Assembly: GCA_963666925.2 (NCBI GenBank)
Contig: CAXXTC010000003.1
Coordinates: 1 to 64,000 of the forward strand
Direction of reading: 5' to 3'
From: Phycisphaerae bacterium
GTDB taxonomy: Bacteria; Planctomycetota; Phycisphaerae; UBA1845; Fen-1342
Length of the DNA stretch: 64,000 nucleotides
This document shows positions 1-7,608 of this stretch, piece after piece (the first letter of the stretch is position 1; each line of letters starts with the position of its first letter). The translations under genes and the position numbers were made by a program. The notes beneath the pieces were generated by a model that was not told the origin of the DNA, made no database searches, and was given only the letters and a program-made list of their open reading frames with translations.

Positions 1-507
1 GCCATCAAGACCGACGATGAAGTGATCGGAGGCGTTGAGCGTCAGGCCCGATTCGAGGTCGAGCGTTCCGGAGGCACCATCCCATAGCCCGACATGCGCC
101 GAGGTGGCGTTGATCGTGCCGTTCTGAAGGCTGACTTCGGCGACTTGTCCATAATCCTCCGCGACGGTCAGCGATGTTTCCCCATGGATAAGCGTGTACG
201 TGACGCCACCCAGGTCCATGATGACGCGATCAGTGCGGAAGATGCACTCCTGGTTGGTCACGGATTCGTAGAACGTGACCTGGTAGGCCGGGTCCATGTC
301 GAGCTCGAAGATCGCGCGATCGTCCTCACCGGGCACGAAATTGGGCACCCAGTTCAACCAATAGTTGAACGAACCGCCGCCCAGCGAACTCCAGAAATGA
401 TCCTCCGCGCGGGCGTCGCCAACTGAGACCGCGAACACTGCCGCACATAGAAGCACGCTTCGGGAAACCGAGCCAAGGCTAGACCGCATCCGGGAATGAA
501 CACACAT
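1..507 (-). CDS. Secreted protein, N-terminal part (runs off the left edge); likely beta-strand-rich passenger-like protein
   Basis: Not in the ORF track because it has no stop in the window. Manual translation from ATG 507: MCVHSRMRSSLGSVSRSVLLCAAVFAVSVGDARA-EDHFWSSLGGGSFNYWLNWVP..., open to base 1. Signal peptide ends in ARA; GGAGGAGG RBS upstream. Confidence 0.75.
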   Translation of the reverse strand, partial: MCVHSRMRSSLGSVSRSVLLCAAVFAVSVGDARAEDHFWSSLGGGSFNYWLNWVPNFVPGEDDRAIFELDMDPAYQVTFYESVTNQECIFRTDRVIMDLGGVTYTLIHGETSLTVAEDYGQVAEVSLQNGTINATSAHVGLWDGASGTLDLESGLTLNASDHFIVGLDG

Positions 508-699
508 GGCCACCTCCTCCCGCCTCAAGAGCGAGCGAATGGTACATCGAACGGCCGTCAGGCCAGACGGCCATCGAGTCGATGCACGCGCCGGCGTTGC
601 GGGCCGTGCGGTGACGAACCGACAGTCTAGGTTTGCGGCAAGGTCGGCACGCGTGCTCACCACCATCGTAGCAACTGGTGGTGGCCGAATTCAATCGGA

Positions 700-908
700 A
701 AACCGGTGATCCTGCGGAAGAACAGCCAGTCGAATCGATCGGAGCGCGGTGCCCGCACACAGGCGGTGCTGATGAGCGTCTACCGCACGCTACGACTCCG
801 CGGCCACGACCCGCTCCGATCGATCGCCCACGCCCTGCGAACCTACCTGCAAACCGGAAATCTCCCGCCACTACCCCTCTCAGACACTGCAAACGGCTGA
901 ACTCTTAC
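700..908 (+). mobile_element. IS66-family transposase C-terminal remnant with right terminal end
   Basis: PVILRKNSQSNRSERGARTQAVLMSVYRTLRLRGHDPL resembles the IS66 TnpC C-terminus. The stop is followed by ACTCTTAC (reverse complement GTAAGAGT), matching the GTAA terminus of IS66 elements. The rest of the transposase is absent. Confidence 0.7.
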
Positions 909-1006
909 AAAAAGTCCTTGCCACACAACGTGAACGAAGTTTTCGGGAGGGACAAGCCGACATTCTGGACCCGCGCGACCCTTGTGGCAAACTCGCCCTC
1001 GGCGAT

Positions 1007-2296
1007 TCAGGATCCGTCAGTCCTGCCCCGCTGTGCACGCGGCTTGGATTCTGGCCGCGTCCGTCTACGGGCCGGATGCAAAGAGTGGGACACCACCACG
1101 GCCGTGGGCATGGGTGGAAATCGGATGCGCAGGCGGTGTAGCTCGAATTGCCGCGCGTCCCAACCCAGGCGATCGAAAAGATGTTGGGCCATCTCGCCAT
1201 AGCGCGGAATGTCCGGCGTGTGGACGGTTTCTTGTCCGCGGCCAAGCATCTCGACCCGCTCGAAGATCGGCAAGACCTGACCATCGGCGAAGTGCGCGGG
1301 GTCCGCCAAATTGGCGTACATGCGCACCTCGCGCGGCGATGGTGGGAACAGATCCTTGTGGACGAATTGGTCAAAGAGGAGCACTTCGCATGGCGTCGTA
1401 ATCCACGCGCCCCATTCCATTTGCTTCGTGTGCTTGGTCCGGAACGTGCGCGCCGTCTGGCGGGTGAGCTCGGCCGTGACCAGTGTCACGGCGGCCGTGT
1501 TACCTACCGGACCCTCCACCAACTCCTCGAGTACCCAGCCGCAGGAATCGACGCGCCGCCGGAGTTGCGGTAGTGGGTGCGAGCAGAATTTCCGCAGCAA
1601 CGGCACGCTCGGCGAGGCATCGCCTTCCGGCGCCAGGTCCAGACACTCGCGCAGCTCGGGCGCACGTTGTTTATAGTCGTCGTCCGCGACGAGTGTTCGT
1701 GAGATCACCCACGGAAGGTTTGGTCGGTTGCGGCGGAAGCCGACGTAACTGTGCAAGCGCGCGGTATCGAACCAGCCCCGCTTCGCCGACGGATGCACGA
1801 AAGCCGCGACCAGATAAGCGCGCGCCTGCACCCCGAATATCATGCTGTTCCCCTCGAACGCCATCTTACGCGCCGAAAGCTGGCCGACTTCATCCACGTT
1901 CGGCGAGCAGGCCCCCAACATCATCTCCAGAGAACTGCGGTCGTCCGCGTGCTCGGCGACGACGCGCTCGAACTCGTCAAAGGCCTCCGAGGCCCGTCGA
2001 AGCAGTTTTTCTCCGACGTTGCGACGGGCTGCCGTTTTGAGGAAAGTCCTCATACCGCCAGCCGCCGGCATAAAGCGTGCGGCCACCAACGGATCCTTCT
2101 CGCACGCGACTTTGGCGATCTGCCAGCCCAGCTTACGATGGACATTCAAGGCATCGCACACGTCCTTGACACGCGGGCTATAGCCCCCGGTTGCTTCAAG
2201 AATCCTCGTCAGTGCGCCTCGCACGCGCAGGACGACCTCGCGCACTTCGTCCTCGAAGCCCTGTGCATGGTGGTCGGTACTGGTTACCGTCGTCAT
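1007..2296 (-). CDS. Hypothetical protein, putative transcriptional regulator (N-terminal HTH-like segment, beta-rich C-terminal domain)
   Basis: 429-aa ORF; RVKDVCDALNVHRKLGWQIAK looks like a helix-turn-helix; no signal peptide or TM segment. Confidence 0.6.
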   Translation of the reverse strand: MTTVTSTDHHAQGFEDEVREVVLRVRGALTRILEATGGYSPRVKDVCDALNVHRKLGWQIAKVACEKDPLVAARFMPAAGGMRTFLKTAARRNVGEKLLRRASEAFDEFERVVAEHADDRSSLEMMLGACSPNVDEVGQLSARKMAFEGNSMIFGVQARAYLVAAFVHPSAKRGWFDTARLHSYVGFRRNRPNLPWVISRTLVADDDYKQRAPELRECLDLAPEGDASPSVPLLRKFCSHPLPQLRRRVDSCGWVLEELVEGPVGNTAAVTLVTAELTRQTARTFRTKHTKQMEWGAWITTPCEVLLFDQFVHKDLFPPSPREVRMYANLADPAHFADGQVLPIFERVEMLGRGQETVHTPDIPRYGEMAQHLFDRLGWDARQFELHRLRIRFPPMPTAVVVSHSLHPARRRTRPESKPRAQRGRTDGS

Positions 2297-2565
2297 CGGT
2301 ACATCCAGAGAGCCGCAGCCCTACCGGCCCTCGGACCGTCTCCCTCTCGGTCTGCAGTCGGCTTTCCCGCGGTGAAGTTGCCAGTCTGCGTGGCGCTTCG
2401 CAGCGCGGCGGCAGCCGGAATGTCCCTGAGTTTTCGCATTGCGACTATTCTACTGCCGATGGACCCTTCCGGGCCATCCGGAGTCCGGACACGCGAGCAA
2501 TCAACCAACGCCGGGCGACCTTTCACCGATAGCAACGCCTGACAAAAACAACCCTGCGCAGAGCG

Positions 2566-2594
2566 AAAAGAGCCCCCGACCCCTGGGGGTTCTT
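2566..2594 (-). terminator. Probable intrinsic terminator after the secreted repeat protein
   Basis: Minus strand AAGAACCCCC-loop-GGGGGCTCTTTT, about 45 nt after the stop at 2641. Confidence 0.4.
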
Positions 2595-2640
2595 CGCGCC
2601 GGAGCGCCGCCTAACTCCGGAGCGCCGGTGCTTGTGCTGC

Positions 2641-4575
2641 CTACTCAACCGAACCCGTGAACTCTTCTTGGAACCTCTTGAAGTCTGCCAGGTCCACATC
2701 ATCGTCGAAATCGAAGTCGAAGGCGGTTTGACATTGCAGCGCTGTGGTCGGCGGTGCGGGACTAGATGTTCCCCCGGGGGCGCACTGGCAGTCGGCGAAG
2801 TCGGCGAAGTCCTGCAGATCGACATCACCGTCCTGGTCGAAGTCACCACTCGCACTGGATATCACGTCCACCCGCATAGCACCGAGCGTCTGGGCGCCCA
2901 TGTCCTCCCAGGTATAGACATATTCGTAAACGCACTGCATCATATGACCGGTCGCACCCGTTACGTTCTCTCCCCAGGCTGCAGACGAGCCCTCGTCCAC
3001 GGCGATCCAGATCCAATAGCTCTGACCGGCGGTCAGCAATGGATGGTCATAGCTAACGAGCCGCGTCGCCGGACGCGGTTCGCCGCCGCCGCCGAGCGGC
3101 AGGTCGCCGCTGTACAGAACCCACGTCTCCAGGACGTCGTCCTCCGACGGCGGCCCACCGTAATCGGGTGCCAACTTGACATGGCACTCGTTCACCCCCA
3201 GTACCTCCGTCAACCCCACGTAGATGTCCGTCAAGTGCCCGGTCTCGCTGGGGGTGAAGGACTGCGCCTGCTCTACGTAAATGAAGTAGCTGTAATGGCC
3301 GGCAATCATCCAGCACATGCTCGTTTCGTACTCGAATCCGCCGCTCCCAGGGCCAAAGTTGTTGTACACGGTGGCCGTGGCGACAAACTCGCATTCGTCC
3401 GGAATACCGTTCTCGTTGACGTCTGCCGAGGTCCCGTCGGCGATGTCGCATTCATCTGGAATCCCGTTGGGCTGGCAGTCGTCGCTTACATCTCCCTCGA
3501 TATCGCACTCGTCCGGGACACCGTTGGAATTGCAGTCCGGGGACGTACCATCAGCGATGTCACATTCATCGGGGACGCCGTTGGCGGTGCAGTCCTGGGA
3601 AAAACCGTTTGCTATGTCGCATTCATCGAGGACGTCGTTGGCATTGCAGTCCTGAGACGTGCCGTCGGCGATGTCGCATTCATCGGGGACATCGTTGTCG
3701 TTGCAGTCCTGAGACATGCCGTCGGCGATGTCGAAGTCGTCGGCGATCAGGTTGCCGTTGCAGTCGACATCGCATTCGGGAAACAAGTCCGGATAGGTGG
3801 GCGGACCGCTCCAGACAGCCTTGAACATGGCCCAGTCATCGCAATCGACATCCTCGTCGCCATCGAAATCACCGATATGGCAGTCCGTACCGCCACCGCT
3901 GTAGCAGTCAATGAAGGTAACGGCGTCATCCCCGTCAACATCACCGTCCTCGTCGAAGTCCCCGCTTTCATCGGATATCATATCTATCCGCAGAGCGCCG
4001 AGCGTCTGGTTGCCCGTGTCGTCCCAGATGTAGCCATAAGGGTATACGTAAGCAAACTGCATCATGTGGCCGATCGCACCCGTCACGTTCTCTCCCCAGG
4101 ACGCGGATGAGCCCTGGTCCACCATGATCCAGATCCAATAGTCTTGGCCGGCAGTCAGCAAGGGATGGTCAGCGCTGACGAGGCGCGTCGCCGGACGCGG
4201 TTCGCCGCCGCCGCCGAGCGGCAGGTCGCCGCTGTACAGAACCCACGTCTCCAGGACGTCATCCTCCGACGGCGGCGCACCGTAGTCGGGGACCAACATA
4301 ACGTGGCACTCGTTCACCCCCAGCACCTCCATCAGCCCGATGTAAATGTCCGACAAGTACCCGGTCTCACTGGGCGTGAAGGACTGCGCCTGTTCTACGT
4401 AGTCGAAGCCGCTGTAGAAGCCGGCAATCATCCAGGACATGCTGGTTTCGTACTCGAATCCGCCGCTCCCAGGGCCGAAGTTGTCGTACACGGGCACGGG
4501 GTCGGCGTGCACCCCGCCAACTCCGGCGACCAAGAACAACGCGACACAAGACCAGCTTTTTCCATTGGACAACAT
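2641..4575 (-). CDS. Secreted Ca-binding repeat protein: two copies of a ~170-aa domain, two dockerin/EF-hand-like motifs and seven DCNxNGxPDEC repeats
   Basis: Start moved to ATG 4575 (AGGAGG RBS; signal peptide ...GVGGVHA). Domain YDNFGPG...QAQSFTP...YWIWI occurs twice; GDFDEDGDVDGDD and GDFDQDGDVDLQDF motifs. Confidence 0.85.
   Translation of the reverse strand: MLSNGKSWSCVALFLVAGVGGVHADPVPVYDNFGPGSGGFEYETSMSWMIAGFYSGFDYVEQAQSFTPSETGYLSDIYIGLMEVLGVNECHVMLVPDYGAPPSEDDVLETWVLYSGDLPLGGGGEPRPATRLVSADHPLLTAGQDYWIWIMVDQGSSASWGENVTGAIGHMMQFAYVYPYGYIWDDTGNQTLGALRIDMISDESGDFDEDGDVDGDDAVTFIDCYSGGGTDCHIGDFDGDEDVDCDDWAMFKAVWSGPPTYPDLFPECDVDCNGNLIADDFDIADGMSQDCNDNDVPDECDIADGTSQDCNANDVLDECDIANGFSQDCTANGVPDECDIADGTSPDCNSNGVPDECDIEGDVSDDCQPNGIPDECDIADGTSADVNENGIPDECEFVATATVYNNFGPGSGGFEYETSMCWMIAGHYSYFIYVEQAQSFTPSETGHLTDIYVGLTEVLGVNECHVKLAPDYGGPPSEDDVLETWVLYSGDLPLGGGGEPRPATRLVSYDHPLLTAGQSYWIWIAVDEGSSAAWGENVTGATGHMMQCVYEYVYTWEDMGAQTLGAMRVDVISSASGDFDQDGDVDLQDFADFADCQCAPGGTSSPAPPTTALQCQTAFDFDFDDDVDLADFKRFQEEFTGSVE
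2866..4491 (-). repeat. Intragenic duplication of about 500 nt (approx. 2866-3369 vs 3985-4491)
   Basis: Long near-identical DNA stretches, e.g. cgcgtcgccggacgcggttcgccgccgccgccgagcggcaggtcgccgctgtacagaacccacgtctccaggacgtc in both copies. Confidence 0.9.
3388..3765 (-). repeat. Seven tandem 57-nt (19-aa) coding repeats, consensus DCNxNGVPDECDIADGTSx
   Basis: Read directly from the translation: six full units plus one 12-aa partial unit. Confidence 0.9.
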
Positions 4576-4722
4576 TTCCCGTCCTCCTGGCTTCGGTGCC
4601 GCGAGATCACACCCCAGGCGATTCCAAGCCGCCCGCGGAGCCGCGTTCCCTGGCACTATCCCAGCGTGCATTGCCATCTTTCGCCCGGGGCAATCCCGAG
4701 CATCGACCGCAACATCAACTGC

Positions 4723-4771
4723 AGGATAACGGCAGAGACACCTGATGTCAATACTGTTTCGGAAACAATAT
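4723..4771 (-). promoter_or_regulatory. Sigma70 promoter (TTGACA-17-TATCCT) with an adjacent palindromic operator
   Basis: -35 at 4751-4746, -10 at 4728-4723; near-palindrome ATACTGTTTC-G-GAAACAATAT at 4751-4771. Confidence 0.65.
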
Positions 4772-4930
4772 CCGATACGAGCTGCTCGGCGAAATCGCCC
4801 TCAAAGCGTTTGAACTTTCGCAAACCCTCCGGGAGAAGTGGCTTACGGCGGATTACCGCGCGAAACGCCGGCTGCTCGACATTGTCTGTTTGAACTTTCG
4901 GCTCGAAGGCGTAAGTCTTGTCCCCACAAT

Positions 4931-4968
4931 AAGAAAGCCCTTCGACGTTCTCGCCGAAGGGCCTCTTT
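4931..4968 (-). terminator. Hairpin/terminator immediately 3' of tRNA-Pro
   Basis: Minus strand AAAGAGGCCCTTCG...CGAAGGGCTTTCTT. Confidence 0.6.
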
Positions 4969-4978
4969 CGGTGGATGA

Positions 4979-5053
4979 TCGGGGTGACTGGATTTGAACC
5001 AGCGACCTCTGCGTCCCGAACGCAGCGCTCTAGCCAGACTGAGCTACACCCCG
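4979..5053 (-). tRNA. tRNA-Pro(CGG)
   Basis: CGGGGTGTAGCTCAGTCTGGCTAGAGCGCTGCGTTCGGGACGCAGAGGTCGCTGGTTCAAATCCAGTCACCCCGA: cloverleaf, anticodon arm CTGCG-TT CGG GA-CGCAG, T-loop GTTCAAATC; CCA not encoded. Confidence 0.97.
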
Positions 5054-5265
5054 TGTAGCTCCCCGCCGTCACGTTCGCAACGGCGCGGTCACATCATCCT
5101 ACCACCTTCACAGCCCAAAGCAACCCTCACGCATAGGCCAACGCGGCAGATCGCCGCCCCCCGGAAACCATCCCGAACACCACCACCTTATCGGGCCGAT
5201 CCGGCCACAAACACCTGCCCAAACACCCCGACGAATCAGCCGTCGGCCCTGCATCTGTCCCGTGG

Positions 5266-6948
5266 CTACGCTGGTCCCAGAGTGTCGCCGGTGCCGACCG
5301 TCACGTCCTCGGCACCCGGCAGACGCACTTCAAACTCAGCCCCGCCGTCCGGCGGCGTCAGCAGTCGAATGCGCCCGCCTAGTTCGTGCACGATCTTCCG
5401 GGCGGCAGCCAGGCCCAGGCCGGTACCACCTTGCCCCTTGGACGACTGAAACGGCTCGAAGACCCGCGCGCGCAGTTCAGGCGGCACGCCGGGCCCGTTG
5501 TCGGCCACCGCCAGTATCACCACGCGCCGCTCCGTGTCGTAATGTGTGCGCACGTTGACCACACCCTTGCCATCCTCGACCGCGTCAACGGCGTTGGACA
5601 CGATGTTCAGCACCACCTGGTGCACGCCGTCGTAGTCCAGCGGAATCGGCGGCATGTGCTCATCCAGATCAGACAGCAGTACGACGCGCTTCAGGTCGGC
5701 TTGTTTCTGCACCAGCCCGACCGCCTCCTCCACAATGCGGTTGACCTGGAGCATCTCCATCCGCGGCTCGCGTTTCTTGCTGAACGCGAGCATATTGAGC
5801 ATGAGGTTATAGGACCGGTCGAGATTACGCTCGACGATGCGCCAACCCTTGCCGGTGGTGGCCAGATCCTCCTTGTCCAGGCCGCGCTGCACGACGTCCG
5901 CACCGCTGCGCATGCCCTGGAGGATGTTCTTGATGTAATGCGACAGATAGGCGACGGTCTCGCCAGCGGCCGCCAGACGCTCGCGTTCGAGGTGCGAGCG
6001 TAGCAGGCGGGCGTTCTCAATCGCCAGCCCGGTCTGGTACCCGATGAGCGTGATCAGCCGCAGCTCGTGCTCGTTGTAGGTGTGGCGTGTAACCGGGCAG
6101 TCCAGGTGGATGATGCCGAGGATGCTGTCGCTGGCCACGATGGGCGCACAGATCACCGAGCGCATGCCGATGTTCTGCACGCTCTTGCCGCTTTGAAAGC
6201 GTTTGTCCGCGACTACGTTGGAACACAACACCCCCGCGCGCGATTCGACCACGTGGTTTATGATCGTGCGCGACGCGATGATGGATTTCTCGGCGCCGGT
6301 GGAATCAGGCACGCGGGCATCCTCGGCCTGGGGCCGGCTGCGAAACCGAACCACCTCGGGCATCAGCTCGGACGTCTCCTCATCACGCACGAAGATCACG
6401 CCCCGATCGATGTCCACCTCTTCATAGAGGATATCCAGCACGCGTGCGAGCAATTGTGAATCCGGCAGCAGTGTACCGATCACGTCCGATAGCTCGCGCA
6501 TGATGTTCCAGGCCTTGACGGCGTAGGTCGTCTCTGGCGCGGCCATCACGATGCTGTCATCGCTGGACGGCACGCTGGCGACGACCGAGGAATCGAGGCT
6601 GCCGGCATCCAACGTAACCAGGTCGCTCGGAATCCCGCTCCCAGAGAATTGCTGCACGGACTCATCACCCGAATAGACCATGAGCGTGCTGCCCAGCCGG
6701 ATCTGGTCGCCGTGCTTCAGTCGCGCGGGCTTGGCTATGCGAACACCATTGACATAGGTGCCGTTGGCGCTGTGCAGGTCGTGGAGAATCCAGGCGCCAT
6801 CATCGAGCTTGAGCTCGGCGTGTCGCCGGCTGATAGTTTGATCGCTGAGCGGCAGTTGTGTGCTGCCGCGACCGATCAGCACCACATCATCCGTGGTCCG
6901 GAGCGTGCGGCCCTTGTCGGGGCCCTGCAAGACGATCAACGTGGCCAA
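5266..6948 (-). CDS. FHA-GAF sensor histidine kinase (cytoplasmic)
   Basis: FHA motifs IGR, SRRHA, SANGTYVNG; GAF (SVICAPI); H-box LSHYIKNIL; N-box NAVDA; DNGPG and GTGLGL. Confidence 0.92.
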   Translation of the reverse strand: MATLIVLQGPDKGRTLRTTDDVVLIGRGSTQLPLSDQTISRRHAELKLDDGAWILHDLHSANGTYVNGVRIAKPARLKHGDQIRLGSTLMVYSGDESVQQFSGSGIPSDLVTLDAGSLDSSVVASVPSSDDSIVMAAPETTYAVKAWNIMRELSDVIGTLLPDSQLLARVLDILYEEVDIDRGVIFVRDEETSELMPEVVRFRSRPQAEDARVPDSTGAEKSIIASRTIINHVVESRAGVLCSNVVADKRFQSGKSVQNIGMRSVICAPIVASDSILGIIHLDCPVTRHTYNEHELRLITLIGYQTGLAIENARLLRSHLERERLAAAGETVAYLSHYIKNILQGMRSGADVVQRGLDKEDLATTGKGWRIVERNLDRSYNLMLNMLAFSKKREPRMEMLQVNRIVEEAVGLVQKQADLKRVVLLSDLDEHMPPIPLDYDGVHQVVLNIVSNAVDAVEDGKGVVNVRTHYDTERRVVILAVADNGPGVPPELRARVFEPFQSSKGQGGTGLGLAAARKIVHELGGRIRLLTPPDGGAEFEVRLPGAEDVTVGTGDTLGPA

Positions 6949-7101
6949 ACTTGTGCCCCGTTAGCAAACCTCAATCGTGGCACCCCGACCTGGTTGCACC
7001 AATAAATCAACCAGCCGGTGCGTACCTGTGAAAATCGCCGTCGCGCGCCAGCAACGACCGCCCCCCGGGGGCACCGACAGACTGATACCGTGCCCCGCAC
7101 T

Positions 7102-7138
7102 AATAAACCCGCCTGGTGCATTACCCACTGCACCAGGC
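7102..7138 (-). terminator. Intrinsic terminator of the cold-shock gene
   Basis: 10-bp perfect stem GCCTGGTGCA/TGCACCAGGC followed on the minus strand by GGGTTTATT. Confidence 0.6.
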
Positions 7139-7159
7139 ACCCGCGCGGCGCCCGAGCCC

Positions 7160-7381
7160 TTAAGACCCAACGACCTTCCGCTCGAGCACCCGAACGTGGC
7201 TGGCGGCCAAACCCTTACCGGTTTCGACGAGGTCATACTCCACACGCTCGCCTTCGTGCAACGACCGGAAACCCTCCCCTTCAATACTCGTGTAGTGGAC
7301 GAAGACATCCTTGCCTTCCGGCCCGACGATAAACCCGTAGCCCTTCTTCGTGTCGAACCACTTGACGCTGCCGCCCGACAT
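7160..7381 (-). CDS. csp: Cold-shock domain protein (73 aa)
   Basis: [15 protein letters not shown] and DVFVHY RNP motifs; start moved to ATG 7381. Confidence 0.95.
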   Translation of the reverse strand: MSGGSVKWFDTKKGYGFIVGPEGKDVFVHYTSIEGEGFRSLHEGERVEYDLVETGKGLAASHVRVLERKVVGS

Positions 7382-7608
7382 GACACAACCTCCGGGAGCC
7401 GCACAGACATGAGGTGGTATGCGACTCACCTGCAAACCAGCCCGGCGATCGCCGGACTTACTCTCCCGGACGTCAAATGGACACCGCGGCCCACTCAACC
7501 GTTGCCAGCTTGTGGTCGGCGTGCGAGGTAACGCTGGACGTGACCGACCAGGCCAACAACCGCCCGGCACTTAAGCTCACTTATTAGCGAAACGCGGGCA
7601 ACGCCTCG

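Noticed and set aside
94..1202. Plus-strand ORFs 94-426 and 678-1202
   Set aside because: The first is antisense to the secreted-protein gene; the second crosses the IS66 remnant out of frame and has no protein-like features.
3388..3765. CRISPR-like periodic repeats (also 53550-54293)
   Set aside because: These are degenerate in-frame protein repeats with codon-level variation; no unique spacers and no cas genes.
2866..4491. Diversity-generating retroelement TR/VR pair
   Set aside because: Mismatches between the copies are not adenine-specific, both copies are in-frame domains of one gene, and no reverse transcriptase is present.
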